64,000 nucleotides of DNA from Macrostomum lignano (GCA_002269645.1 NIVC01000087.1:682001-746000); one strand, 5' to 3'. Shown: positions 48,261 to 60,637, numbered from the stretch's first letter. The notes: generated from the letters alone by a model not told the origin. Numbers and translations are program-made.

Positions 48261-48493
48261 GGATTGCAGCCTAGTGGTTAGAGCGTCTGACTCACGACTG
48301 AAAGGTCGGGGGTTCGATTCTCGACCCACCTGGAACAATCTGTGTCCTTGAGCAAGACCTTATCTCTGCATTTCCTCCAGCGGTAAAATGGGTGCCAGCA
48401 TTAGCTGGGGTTAATGAGGGTGTGTGTGGAGACCACCCAGTCCTTGGAATGAACAGCCGTACGCAGCCTTCAGATGCGCCGAGCAATAGCTGC
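48261..48493 (+). mobile_element. SINE family A copy, 3' truncated
   Basis: GGATTGCAGCCTAGTGGTTAGAGCG..GGTTCGATTC..GTAAAATGGGTGCCAGCATTAGCTGGGG..GCAGCCTTCAGATGCGCC. Confidence 0.85.
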
Positions 48494-48640
48494 GTGAAGG
48501 GTCAACTGACTCCCTTGTGAGAGAGTGAAGGGTCAAGTGACTCCCCCTATGAGAGAATGAAGGTCAGCTGACTCCCCCTGTGAGAGAGTGAAGGGTCAGC
48601 TGACTCCCCCTGTGAAAGAGTGAAGGGTCAGCTGTGAGAG
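48494..48640. repeat. ~32-bp repeat, 4 copies, directly after a truncated SINE
   Basis: GTGAAGGGTCAGCTGACTCCCCCTGTGAGAGA. Confidence 0.85.
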
Positions 48641-49424
48641 AGAGCCGATGCTTCACCCCATCCAATTACAGATGAAATCCTATATCTCTATAGTCTTTTG
48701 CGCCACTGCTAATTATAGGAGTTCGGACGGGTCAGAGCTTATCAGTGTTTTTGGGAAAGAGAGGTGATTAAGAACTAAAGACTCGGGTTGATACGCACCT
48801 GTAGTTATGAATGTCCAGGGGCAGACTGTTGCTAGAATGTATGTATAGTCGAAGTTTGCACTCTGCTGTTCAAGATACCAGCAAGGATTTCTATAGCTGT
48901 CTTCTTCCGCCGTTCTGTCGCCGCGTGGTCTGTCTGTGCTAATCTCGCGTGCAAACCATAAAAGTCCCATATTAGTGTATAAAGGCTGATTTGACTGCCA
49001 CTGGGCTGAGAACAGCTGTGGGAGTCGGGTCTCATTGGATGAGCTGGGATTGGTGAAGCATGGGCCCTGTGGTTGGCCTTGGCTCACCCACCAGATCGGT
49101 AATGCTTGCTGTGCGATTTATGTATATGCTTTATTATTAATTAACGCGCAAGCATACTGTGTAAAAAATTATACTTAAACCTATCACTTGTATCGGCTCA
49201 GATCTGCAAATATCTATCATACATTTATCGTGACAGTAGGTCCAATAGGGAAATGTATCGCAAAATAAGGCATGATTTATGGACTTCTTAAGGCATGCTG
49301 TTGCATATAATTAATTGCCGTGTAAATTTCAAATAATTTTGCTAGAAAAAATGCGCAATTATATTCCCTCCTATGTCATACATGTACACCCACTCGTATA
49401 CTCATTTTTAGCACCGAAATCACT

Positions 49425-50493
49425 CATTTCAGCTAGCGCCTCAGTAATGCAATATAGCGCCTCAGTCACTCATTTCATAGTTTAGCACCTCAGTCACTCA
49501 TTTCATAGTTTAGCACCTCAGTCACTCAGATCACTTAGTTTAGCACCGGCCCAGTCACTCATTTTAGTTTAGCACCCCAGTCACTCATTTTAGTTTAGCA
49601 CCCCAGTCACTCATTTTAGTTTAGCACCCCAGTCACTCATTTTAGTTTAGCACCTCAGTCACTCATTTTAGTTTAGCACCCCAGTCACTCATTTTAGTTT
49701 AGCACCTCAGTCACTCATTTTAGTTTAGCACCTCAGTCACTCATTTCATAGTTTAGCACCTCAGTCACTCAGATCACTTAGTTTAGCACCGGCCCAGTCA
49801 CTCATTTTAGTTTAGCACCCCAGTCACTCATTTTAGTTTAGCACCCCAGTCACTCATTTTAGTTTAGCACCCCAGTCACTCATTTTAGTTTAGCACCTCA
49901 GTCACTCATTTTAGTTTAGCACCCCAGTCACTCATTTTAGTTTAGCACCCCAGTCACTCATTTTAGTTTAGCACCTCAGTCACTCATTTTAGTTTAGCAC
50001 CCCAGTCACTCATTTTAGTTTAGCACCTCAGTCACTCATTTTAGTTTAGCACCCCAGTCACTCATTTTAGTTTAGCACCCCAGTCACTCATTTTAGTTTA
50101 GCACCTCAGTCACTCATTTTAGTTTAGCACCCCAGTCACTCATTTTAGTTTAGCACCCCCAGTCACTCATTTTAGTTTAGCACCCCAGTCACTCATTTTA
50201 GTTTAGCACCTCAGTCACTCAGTTTAGCATTTCAGTCACTCAGTTTAGCACTTCAGTCACTCAGTTTAGCACTTCAGTCACTCAGTTTAGCACTTCAGTC
50301 ACTCAGTTCCTTCAGTCACTCAGTTTAGCATTTCAGTCACTTAGTTTAGCATTTCAGTCACTCAGTTTAGCATTTCAGTCACTCAGTTTAGCATTTCAGT
50401 CACTCAGTTTAGCATTTCAGTCACTCAGTTTAGCACTTCAGTCACTCAGTTCCTTCAGTCACTCAGTTTAGCACTTCAGTCACTCAGTTTAGC
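49425..50493. repeat. 26-bp minisatellite grading into a related 21-bp unit
   Basis: TAGTTTAGCACC(C/T)CAGTCACTCATTT, then CAGTTTAGCA(C/T)TTCAGTCACT from about 50220. Confidence 0.95.
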
Positions 50494-52233
50494 GTTGCAG
50501 GACACTCAGCGAAATTCTGAATTTCCACTCAGCTGTATATTATGCAAGCTTATAAGTTGCTTTTGATTATTAAAGCTTTTGAAAAATTGCAGCACATTGT
50601 TGGTCAAACTCGGAGTGTTCAATAAACACAATTCGCTGAAAGCACCATGCACAGTCAGCCATGCACGACTCAATTGTCCTGAAAATAAGAGATTTAAATC
50701 GGGAGGGGAAGATTTACTGTTAGTACTGCGCGATTGTCCTAATCCGCTAAGCACACTGCGTGGCGTCAGTGCAAGCGCGGCAGGGCAACATGTGACCAGC
50801 GGCTTTACCTTTTAGCTGGAGATAGATCAAGGGTAGCCGGAAGTCCAGTGTGGGCTGGTGGAAGTTGGAAGGTGGGTGAGGAGAGTACACTACTGTATTC
50901 ATTTAATTTCACAGAATTCAGTACAGTTTTTTCTTCAGCAGTGTACAAAAACCTCACAAAAATGAAAGCAGAGTCAAGTCTTACTGAGCAGTTAGCGCTG
51001 CTCAAAAAGATGATTTACAATTTGAGCCTAGCAACAAGAATCAGCAGCTAGGAAGTCAATCAGGCCTGTTTCATAACCCAGTTCCTTATGATGAATTAAC
51101 GGTGGAAGGAAGGGCTTGGACGGTCCTTTGAGAAATGAGAATTTTCACTTACGGTAAAAATAGGCGGCCGGCTGATAATATAAAACATTTATATTTCGTT
51201 TAATAAAGTTTAATTTTCTCATATTTTTACTGTTAGTAGACATACGCATAACTAGTATGTCAAAAAATTAGTAAAATTCTTGTTTAACGTTAACGAGGTG
51301 GCAACGTTGACAAATGGGCCGCTGTCCTGTACACATCGTTCAAATCCTTTAGCTGTCGGAAAGTCAGAGGATTTTTTGGTTTTATGGATCAGGTGTAAAA
51401 AAGCAATTGGTAGCTGCACATGGTCTGTGAAGGAATGGCCAGAAACGACTATTGCTTGCTACATAGTACGTACACGTAATTACTATAATTAGACTACAAA
51501 CAATTGACTTTTTATTATTTTGTATTGCATAGCTTCAGGATAGGCAAATTCTAGAAGCAAGACCTTTTTACATTAGGTAATCTTCGGTATTAGGTATTCT
51601 TCAGGTAGAGGCTTAGCGTTGTTTTAAGAATAACAATGCAATGTATTTTATTATAATTATCAAATTAGCCAGAGTTTATTCTAACACACGAGAAATACTT
51701 CAACTGCAATTTGACATGTATTTTACAAACCGAAATCCTTGGGCTGGATTAAATAAAATAATCAATTTCATTGAACCCTAAAGAGGGGACTTATCTCTCT
51801 GATGTAAATGCAAAATGCATACTGGCATAGCAGGCAGACTACACTGTATACAGTGCCGTAATGTAAAATACTACAAATGGCAATATTCCCAATAATAGTC
51901 AAGATAAATAGTAGACAAACCTTATTTGGTTACCGTACGTACGACGGTAACCGTTTCGCTATTTATTAGTAACCGTAACAACTGTCAAAATAACTTCATA
52001 ATCTAATCATTGAATGCAAAATAGTATCAAGACATTGAGTAGACACTAAATAAATCATGCTTGCTACGACCTACGTAAAAGAGCATAGCCAATGATCAAT
52101 GCGGGTACTAACTAGCTGTGTTTTTTTCTACCACATTAATTAATCGTAGGCCTACACATAAAATAAAATCGATAAGAAAAATTAATTAATAATAGAGCGA
52201 GAGCAAATCGAATTGGCATCAAATAAATTTGGT

Positions 52234-52249
52234 GGCCCTGAAAAGGGCC
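52234..52249 (-). promoter_or_regulatory. Histone mRNA 3' stem-loop
   Basis: Minus strand reads AAAAC-GGCCCTTTTCAGGGCC-ACC, 63 nt after the stop codon. This is the canonical 6-bp stem, 4-nt loop consensus. Confidence 0.95.
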
Positions 52250-52312
52250 GTTTTAGCGTTCAGTAACTAGTTAAAACTTGGACAAGGCTTTGCCGCTTGA
52301 CGATTGAGCAGC

Positions 52313-52735
52313 TTAGAACTCCTGGCTGGGGCCAGCCTTCTTGCCGCTGCTGGCCTTGCTGCTACCAGAGGCACCGCTCTTCTTTGGCAGCAGGACAGCC
52401 TGGATGTTAGGCAGCACACCACCCTGGGCAATGGTGACACCGCTGAGCAATTTGTTCAGCTCTTCGTCGTTGCGGATGGCAAGCTGTAAATGCCGCGGGA
52501 TGATGCGAGTCTTCTTGTTATCGCGAGCAGCGTTGCCGGCAAGCTCGAGCACTTCGGCGGCCAGGTATTCCAGCACAGCCGCTAGGTAGACTGGAGCGCC
52601 AGCGCCAACACGCTCAGCATAGTTGCCTTTGCGCAGTAAGCGATGGATTCGGCCGACTGGAAACTGCAGTCCAGCGCGAGACGAGCGAGTCTTAGCCTTG
52701 GCCTTAGCCTTACCACCTTTGCCGCGTCCAGACAT
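52313..52735 (-). CDS. H2AX: Histone H2A.X-type variant (140 aa, C-terminal SQEF), intronless
   Basis: Canonical H2A core ([55 protein letters not shown]) plus an extended tail ending SQEF, matching the SQ(E/D)-hydrophobic H2A.X motif. Confidence 0.93.
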   Translation of the reverse strand: MSGRGKGGKAKAKAKTRSSRAGLQFPVGRIHRLLRKGNYAERVGAGAPVYLAAVLEYLAAEVLELAGNAARDNKKTRIIPRHLQLAIRNDEELNKLLSGVTIAQGGVLPNIQAVLLPKKSGASGSSKASSGKKAGPSQEF

Positions 52736-52811
52736 GTTAGATAATTAACTGGATGTATAGCAGTATACCACGTATAAAAGTTCTTACTAATGTCGGACAC
52801 GTGCAAAGGGC

Positions 52812-52840
52812 TGGAATATATTGGGCGGTCCCAGCCAATG
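52812..52840 (-). promoter_or_regulatory. Candidate H2A.X promoter (CCAAT boxes, TATA-like motif)
   Basis: The minus strand has ccgcCCAATATATtcc about 85 nt upstream of the ATG. A second CCAAT lies on the plus strand at about 52835. Confidence 0.4.
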
Positions 52841-53089
52841 AGAGAGCGCCTAGCCTACCTCAGAATTATCGATTTGCAGGTTTTTTCTATTTCGCGAGGC
52901 AACTGCCTGGGGCCCTAACCGCGTACATTCAAAACCTCAAGCATTCATTTCACTTTGCTCCTTTGCATTGTACAAATTAAGATATCTCACATCTATCAAT
53001 ACTGCCTTTGCTGGGACTCTGGGAGTGTTTTTTTGCTTATTGATACTGGTTGGGGAATAAATTGCGATTTTTTATTTGTCCGAAAAAAA

Positions 53090-53578
53090 CTAATATGTAC
53101 TTTTCAAATTTGTGGCTTCTAAAAATTCGCTTTCGTCTCGTGATAAACTGCACGATTCGGTCGATTCCATACTTTACGAGTCAAGTCTTAGTGCCAGTAG
53201 TTAATTTATGACTTTTTTTCAGTAAAACGGCCCTTTAACGGGCTGCCCGAAACATAGCATGCAATTTTAATTTTACTGGGATTGTGCTTTTTTGCCACAA
53301 ATTACTATTATTTATTAGTTTCGAAATTAAACCTCGAATATGTCTTTATCGAAGTTGTAGCTTCTGAATAATGAGCTTTTTATCTCGTGAAAAAAAACTG
53401 CACGATTACATAGTTTACAGAAGTCGAACCAAAATATTAGCTTTTTTAAGATAAATCGACAGACCCACCCGGGCTGATCTGACGGTAAAAAATGACAAAA
53501 GTCAACCCTCAGTGCCAGCTGCCAATGCCAACAGTAAGTTAAACGGATTGTATTCTGAGTAAAACGGCCCCTTTAAGG
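53090..53578. mobile_element. Two diverged tandem copies of a transposon end terminating in TTAA (possibly Kolobok-like)
   Basis: Both about 53090-53238 and about 53340-53577 share TGT(G/A)GCTTCT..TCTCGTGA..AAACTGCACGATT and end in AGTAAAACGGCCC(C)TTTAA. Confidence 0.4.
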
Positions 53579-55767
53579 ACTAGCAACTATTAACAAATTG
53601 CTGCTCCTTACACTCGACTTTTGTAGCGCTTTGGTCGTTATTTCACACTGAATTGCAAACTGTCTAACTCGCTACCGGAGTATTTCGATACAAATAATTA
53701 ATTTCAGCGTTTGGGCCCAGAAATTCTCGCGGAATGCAATTACAATGCAATTCCGTCTTCCACTTCACAAGTCTCTTAGTGTACGGACTGAAAAAGCTCA
53801 GGAAGTTAAGTCCATGCAAGAATGATGTATGTGTATGCATAAAACAAATAGGCGACTGTTATTATTGTAATAGAAACAGACAATCCAAGTTACTTTTGCG
53901 TCGACTGTTTCAAAAAAATTCTTTGAATCGTAGTCGTTTTTCGAATGTTCATTATTTGCCTACTGTCAGTAGCGTATAACGTAAACTTAAAGAATACCAT
54001 AATATCGGCAATAAATTCCGAAACGATCATTTTCTAAATCAATTTTGAAATTTACATGTAAGTGTGCATGCAATTATTAACTTTTATTACCTACTGTAAT
54101 TAGCGACTTAACCAAGGTACAGTAGGTAAGTTAGTAACTGAGTGATTAGTAATTGATTTGATTTAATTTTTGTCTTAATTTTGTAGCAGTATGCATTTTT
54201 CGAAAATTTTATCGTGGGAATAGCTAGAATTAGACTTAAGATTTTAGAATTAGGAAAATTTTACAAGGCCTGTATGAGACCACAGCCAAGTGCATGCACG
54301 TACAAAATAAAACAAACTAATTTCAACCGATGGACATATCTGAAGGATATTATTTTATTTAAAGCTCTGATACACACGAATCAAAATATGCAGCCCTCAA
54401 TTGGGCCGCTTTTACGAGAAATGATGAAGTACAAAAAATCACATGAGCGTATATTCGACTACAGGATATAGCTGTATATAAATTACTCATTTAAAAATCT
54501 AAAATGAATATAAATGAAAAATTATCTAATTCGGTATTAATTGTTCATAATATTAATAAACAAAATTGAGCGAAAAATCCGCACAACATTTGCGCGTGTA
54601 GTAGTGGAATACTAAATTCGTTGTGGGACAATTTTAAAGAGCTTCAATGCATTACTAAGATACAAAGCGATCAAATTTTAATATACAGCACAGCTGCAAT
54701 AGCACACCAGCAAAATTCAGGTAGTTTTGGTAAAGCAATTGAAAAATAAACAAATCGAAGTTAGCTTTTGTGTTACTTTCCAAATTCAAAACATAATTGA
54801 AATCTTATTCCGGCTTTACAGTTATTATAAAAATGAGATGATCCACCAGGAATCAAATTAAGCATTTACACGTAATTATTTGCAATAAAATTCACACGTC
54901 AAAACTTATCTGATATTGATTAAAATCCATTATCTGAACAGTTCAGTAATGTTGATATTTTAAAAGAATTGCCAACAAAAATGTTGCGACCTTGTGAAAA
55001 ACATTATAAAGAACAAGTTATTTGTATCTTTAATTTTCTCAAAAACAAAAACTTAAGGCTCTGCTTAAAGTAAAATTTTTGTAACTCAATTTTTCTGTGC
55101 TTTGAAAAAGTAATTTTTTTCAATAGATTTTTTTAGGGCAATGCATGCAGAGGTTTTAGGGTACTTTGTGGTTTTTCTCAGAGTAGCTATATAGGGATAT
55201 TGTTAATGGTACGGCTACAGGAGGCAGGAGTTATGTTAGTGGTTTTTTTGGGGCTGCTGTCAAGAGTGCCGTAGCTAAATCTATATTGCCTAAAGTAGAT
55301 ATGAAATAGAAATAGAAATAGAAAAAAAATAGAATTAAATAATTAAACGAACTACATGTAGTTGAAGATTTTCATCAAGCGATAATTTCCGTAATTATGG
55401 ACTATATATAGATTTCTTATGAAGAGTGCACTTCAAATAAAAATAATCAACAAAGGAAGACGAACACGTTAAAAAGTAATGTACTTCAATGTAGGCATTG
55501 AAGAAAACCTACATGTACACATCTTTTACATGCACCTGTGAAAAACTGGCGGCGCCTTACTTATGGGACAATCGCAGGGCAATTCTACTTTAGGGAAAGT
55601 GGTAATGATGCCTAATGCTTATTGATTTTTATGGGCTATGCTATCGTCTATTATTCCTATTTTAAGCGACTGTCTCCTCACTGCTAGACCCCACTACAAA
55701 ACCGACAATGTGCCCAGATCAAAAGTACACATAAAAGTAGAAACAAAAAGAACGGGAGAGCCTATGC

Positions 55768-56487
55768 TTAATGCTGTGCAGCCTGCGGCTTGGCAGCTAA
55801 TCTCTCCGCCAGGCTGAGATCCTCGCGCAGGCCCTGCACCGTGTCTTTCAGCTTCCGGTACCGCCTGTCGATGTCAGCCGGCTGCTCCGGCAGGCGCTGC
55901 TTCTCCAAAAGGCAGCGCAGGTCGGCCAGCTCGGTCTCCACATTGGCCAGCTGGCTGAGCGACTTGCGCAACAGCTGGCGATTCTCGCCGGCCTCCCGGA
56001 CCTGCCCGGCCGCCGCCGCCTGCCGGTCCCGCTGCCAGGTGTCTAGCGCCCACAGGCTCGCCAGCGCCAGGTCGGAGCCGACCCGCTCAGCATCTGCTGC
56101 CGCCTCGCCGCCGTCCGCCTCGTCCAGGCAGAGCCGGGGCCGGCCGGCGCCGCCCATGCGGAGCAGGTGCTCCAGAGCGGAGCGTCCGGCCGCTGCCAGG
56201 CCGGCCAGCCGGCGCTCCGACTCGGCCAGGCGTTCCCGCAGCTCAGAGCGCTCTTGGCCGAGGCGCAACGCCTGGGCGGACAGCTCGGCCGCTTCCTGCC
56301 TGGCCGCAGTTGTCCTGCCGTGCGCGGCGGCCAGTTCGGCATCGCGGTCGGACAAGCTGCGCTGAAGGCGCTCCAGCTCGGCCGCCTGGGCCTTGCGAAG
56401 GCCTTCAAGCAGGCGGCGCTCCTCCTCGGCGCCGCGAGCCTCTTCGGCAGCCCGGCTGACTCTGTCGGCGGCGTCGCGGCCGGCGCC
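55768..56487 (-). CDS. CEP128: CEP128-like coiled-coil protein, exon 7 (terminal)
   Basis: cctttcaag acceptor, 240 codons ending KPQAAQH*. Phase 0 fits exon 6. Confidence 0.85.
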   Translation of the reverse strand, partial: GAGRDAADRVSRAAEEARGAEEERRLLEGLRKAQAAELERLQRSLSDRDAELAAAHGRTTAARQEAAELSAQALRLGQERSELRERLAESERRLAGLAAAGRSALEHLLRMGGAGRPRLCLDEADGGEAAADAERVGSDLALASLWALDTWQRDRQAAAAGQVREAGENRQLLRKSLSQLANVETELADLRCLLEKQRLPEQPADIDRRYRKLKDTVQGLREDLSLAERLAAKPQAAQH

Positions 56488-56546
56488 CTTGAAAGGGTTT
56501 GGAGGTTGGGGAAAAGGTTGGGGTTAAAGTGATGGAAAACTTGATG

Positions 56547-57150
56547 GAGGAGTGCAGAGTGACCCAATTCCATCAGCCAGGTGGTGAGGAGTGCAGAGTG
56601 ACCCAATTCCATCAGGCAGGTGGTGAGGAGTGCAGAGTGACCCAATTCCATCAGGCAGGTGGTGAGGAGTGCAGAGTGACCCAATTCCATCAGCCAGGTG
56701 GTGAGGAGTGCAGAGTGACCCAATTCCATCAGGCAGGTGGTGAGGAGTGCAGAGTGACCCAATTCCATCAGGCAGGTGGTGAGGAGTGCAGAGTGACCCA
56801 ATTCCATCAGCCAGGTGGTGAGGAGTGCAGAGTGACCCAATTCCATCAGGCAGGTGGTGAGGAGTGCAGAGTGACCCAATTCCATCAGCCAGGTGGTGAG
56901 GAGTGCAGAGTGACCCAATTCCATCAGCCAGGTGGTGAGGAGTGCAGAGTGACCCAATTCCATCAGCCAGGTGGTGAGGAGTGCAGAGTGACCCAATTCC
57001 ATCAGCCAGGTGGTGAGGAGTGCAGAGTGACCCAATTCCATCAGGCAGGTGGTGAGGAGTGCAGAGTGACCCAATTCCATCAGGCAGGTGGTGAGGAGTG
57101 CAGAGTGACCCAATTCCATCGGCCAGGTGGTGAGGAGTGCAGAGTGACTC
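56547..57150. repeat. 39-bp minisatellite (about 15 copies) filling about 90% of CEP128 intron 6
   Basis: Unit GGTGGTGAGGAGTGCAGAGTGACCCAATTCCATCAG(C/G)CA. Confidence 0.97.
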
Positions 57151-57167
57151 AGTCCCTACTAGCCTAC

Positions 57168-57561
57168 CTGAATCCGCTCTCGCTTCTCCCGGTGCGCCTG
57201 CCTGGCGGTCTCCTGCGCGGTGGCCAGATGTCGCCGAATTTCGGCCAGCTGTTCCTCCTTGTCCCGACGCTCCTGACCGAGCTGGCGGAGCAGGGCCTCC
57301 TTTTCTTTGGCTAAGGTGGCGTTGCGCTTGGCGGCCTCCTCAGCCTGCTGCCTGCTGGCCTGTCCGCCAGCCGTGAGGTCGGCGCACAGAGCCTGCAGCT
57401 CGCCGCGCTCCCGCTGCAGAGAGCGGGCCTCCGTCTGCAACGATTTGAGCTGCTCCTCCAGGCTCGAGCACCGGCACTCGGCGGATGTCAGGCGCTCTTC
57501 GAGGCGGGCGCTGACCTCCCGGTTAGCGTTTAGCGCGTGATCCCGGGACTCACAGTCGAAC
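57168..57561 (-). CDS. CEP128: CEP128-like exon 6
   Basis: ctctgcccag acceptor, CAG|gtaggc donor, coiled-coil heptads (..QTEARSLQRERGELQALCADL..ERIQ). Phase 2 to 0. Confidence 0.88.
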
Positions 57562-57591
57562 CTGGGCAGAGAGAAAAGTGGAAACTAGGAA

Positions 57592-58520
57592 TCTGGCACC
57601 TCACTGAGCCACTGCATCCTTGTGGCACCTCACTGAGCCACTGCATCCTTGTGGCACCTCACTGAGCCACTGCATCCTTGTGGCACCTCACTGAGCCACT
57701 GCATCCTTGTGGCACCTCGCACTGAGCCACTTCATCCTTGTGGCACCTCACTGAGCCACTGCATCCTTGTGGCACCTCGCACTGAGCCACTGCATCCTTG
57801 TGGCACCTCACTGAGCCACTGCATCCGTGTGGCACCTCACTGAGCCACTGCATCCTTGTGGCACCTCACTGAGCCACTGCATCCTTGTGGCACCTCACTG
57901 AGCCACTGCATCCTTGTGGCACCTCACTGAGCCACTGCATCCTTGTGGCACCTCACTGAGCCACTGCATCCTTGTGGCACCTCGCACTGAGCCACTGCAT
58001 CCTTGTGGCACCTCGCACTGAGCCACTTCATCCTTGTGGCACCTCACTGAGCCACTGCATCCTTGTGGCACCTCGCACTGAGCCACTGCATCCTTGTGGC
58101 ACCTCACTGAGCCACTGCATCCTTGTGGCACCTCACTGAGCCACTGCATCCTTGTGGCACCTCACTGAGCCACTGCATCCTTGTGGCACCTCACTGAGCC
58201 ACTGCATCCTTGTGGCACCTCACTGAGCCACTGCATCCTTGTGGCACCTCACTGAGCCACTGCATCCTTGTGGCACCTCGCACTGAGCCACTGCATCCTT
58301 GTGGCACCTCGCACTGAGCCACTGCATCCTTGTGGTACCTCACTGAGCCACTGCATCCGTGTGGCACCTCACTGAGCCACTTCATCCTTGTGGCACCTCA
58401 CTGAGCCACTGCATCCGTGTGGCACCTCACTGAGCCACTGCATCCTTGTGGCACCTCGCACTGAGCCACTGCATCCTTGTGGCACCTCGCACTGAGCCAC
58501 TGCATCCCTGTGGCACCTCT
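57592..58520. repeat. 28/30-bp minisatellite in CEP128 intron 5
   Basis: TGTGGCACCTC(GC)ACTGAGCCACTGCATCCT. Confidence 0.95.
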
Positions 58521-58881
58521 CTGATCCACCACACCGGAAATGATCCCTCACTGACCCACCACACCGGAAAAGATCCCTCACTGACCAACCACACAGGAAA
58601 AGATCCCTCACTGACCAACCACACCGGAAAAGATCCCTCACTGACCAACCACACCGGAAAAGATCCCTCACTGATCCACCACACCAGAAAAGATCCTTCA
58701 CTGACCAACCACACCGGAAAAGATCCCTCACTGACCAACCACACCGGAAAAGATCCCTCACTGACCAACCACACCGGAAAAGATCCCTCACTGACCAACC
58801 ACACCGGAAAAGATCCCTAACTGATCCACAACACCGGAAAAGATCCTTCACTGATCCACCACACCGGAGATGATCCCTCAC
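58521..58881. repeat. 30-bp minisatellite (about 12 copies) in CEP128 intron 5
   Basis: CACTGACCAACCACACCGGAAAAGATCCCT, abutting the preceding array. Confidence 0.95.
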
Positions 58882-58892
58882 GCATCTCTCAC

Positions 58893-59059
58893 CGGAACTT
58901 ATCGGCGTCCTTTCTAGCCGAGTTGAGCTCCTCGCGCAGCTGGTACTTGTCCTGCCTGAGCTGGTCAGCCTCCGCCTCGCGCTGGGCGAGCTGCGACTCT
59001 TGCTTCACTGTGGTGGCCAGCAGATTCTCAAGCTCCTTGCGCATTACCTCCGTCTGCGC
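58893..59059 (-). CDS. CEP128: CEP128-like exon 5
   Basis: aaatacag acceptor, CG|gtgaga donor, AQTEVMRKELENLLATTVKQESQLAQREAE..KDADKF. Confidence 0.88.
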
Positions 59060-59425
59060 CTGTATTTTGGCGTTAAAAAATTGAAAGGGTTGAGACAATT
59101 GAATTTCTTAAAGTTGTTGAAAATTGATTATTCAAAATCTTCTCCAAGCCCAAGTTACAGAGAGTGTACATTCATGACCATACAAGAAAGTCAGGGCAGC
59201 TGAAAAGGGGCACGACTGCTTGCCTTCTCCTTGGCTGTGAGTGGACTGTAGCCTAACCAATCATTCAGGGTTTTATTAGTATTTTCTCTCGGAACAATCT
59301 AGCTTGAAAAACATTGTCTCTTGGCCAAAGCTGTACCGACATCTGTGCACAATGGAGCGATTTATACATAGTGAAATTCCTGAATTCCTACTATCAGTAG
59401 CTGATCTCTAGTTGCAGATTTTTAC

Positions 59426-59606
59426 CTGGTGCGCAGCCAGCTGCCTGCGCGTCGCCTCCAGCTCGCCGTTGAGCCTTTGCGCCCGGCTGCTGCTGTCGCT
59501 GTTGCTCTCGGACAGCCGCAGCGAGTCGCGCTTGGCCGCCTCCGTCAGCTCCTGGAATTCGCGGGCCCGAGACTCGGCCCGGTTCCGCTCCTCGGCCAGC
59601 TCAGAT
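59426..59606 (-). CDS. CEP128: CEP128-like exon 4
   Basis: tatttccag acceptor, CAG|gtaaaa donor, SELAEERNRAESRAREFQEL..RRQLAAHQ. Phase 2 to 0. Confidence 0.88.
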
Positions 59607-59908
59607 CTGGAAATAGCGTTCGTTGAAAGTATTCATTTAGCAATGGAGCTCCGTCTGGAGCAGTTGAATTGTGTGCGCCGAAAACTGGTCCTACAGACTT
59701 CGGTTTCTATAAGGATGGGAGCTTAAATTGATGCTTTCCTGAGAGCCTTCTAAAGTTCACTATTGTGACTTAAATATATCAGCACCTTCCATTGAGCTTT
59801 GGCATCTCAGCATCCCGATTCCCGGTTATTCACTCTTGAGCATTTAGTGAGTTAAGTTTGGTGGAATTGAATTTTAGGAAAAGTGCATCCTAAACTTGCA
59901 CTTTGCGG

Positions 59909-60187
59909 AGGGGGTTGCAGCCTAGTGATTAGAACGTTGAACTCACGACTGAAGGTCGGGGGTTCGATTCTTGACCTCACTCGGAACAATTTGTGTCCTT
60001 GAGCAGCACACTTAACTCTGCATTGCTTCAGTTCACCCAGCTGTAAAATGGGTGCCAGCATTAGCTGGGGTAATTGAGGGTGTGTGTGGCGACCCCCCAG
60101 TCCTTGGACTGAACAGCCGTACGCAGCCTTCAGATGCGCCGCGCAATAGCTGCGGCTGAGCTGTCCGTTGCACATCTGGCCATTAGG
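59909..60187 (+). mobile_element. tRNA-derived SINE, family A (near full length)
   Basis: Head GGGGGTTGCAGCCTAGTGATTAGAACG (A box), B box GGTTCGATTC, MIR/CORE-like segment (TGTGTCCTTGAGC..CAGTTCACCCAGCTGTAAAATGGG). The 3' tail is shared with five other copies. Confidence 0.85.
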
Positions 60188-60258
60188 CTCTAATTTACGA
60201 GTATATCCTAACTTGAATCGGCAAGAATCAGAATCGAGTCCAACAGCGCAAATTTTAC

Positions 60259-60637
60259 CTGAGGCTGCGCGCCTCTCGCTCAGCAGCTGCCGCCCGCTCC
60301 TGCTCCGCCTCGGCTTGAACTCGGTGCTCGCGCAGCTCCCGCTCGGCTGCCTCGACGCGTCGCTGCGCCTCCCGATGCTGCCGCTCCTCCTGAGCCAGCC
60401 GGTCTCCCGCGGCGCGCGCCTCATCGGCTGCGCGGCGCAGCTGGGCGCTCCGATCGTCGAACTGGCTCTGCAGGCTGGCGTTCTGCTTCTGCAGATCGTC
60501 GCGCTGTCGCTCGGCTCGTTCGCGATTCCTTCGCTCCTCTTCAATCTCTGCCAGCGGCACCGAGCGGGACAGGCGGGCCCGCAGCTCGACGGCCTCCTCG
60601 GCGTAGCGGGACTTCTCAGTGGACAGGCTGCGCTCCT
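60259..60637 (-). CDS. CEP128: CEP128-like exon 3
   Basis: caacaacag acceptor, AG|gtaaaa donor, coiled coil (..LAEIEEERRNRERAERQRDDLQKQN..). Phase 1 to 2. Confidence 0.88.

Noticed and set aside
53221-53242. Histone stem-loop-like AAAACGGCCCTTTAACGGGC (also at about 53560)
   Set aside because: The stem is imperfect and there is no histone ORF upstream on that strand. Both copies are better explained as ends of a repeated TTAA-terminated element.
44097-60000. SINE heads as genuine tRNA genes
   Set aside because: The acceptor and anticodon stems do not pair, and each head continues into the shared SINE body.
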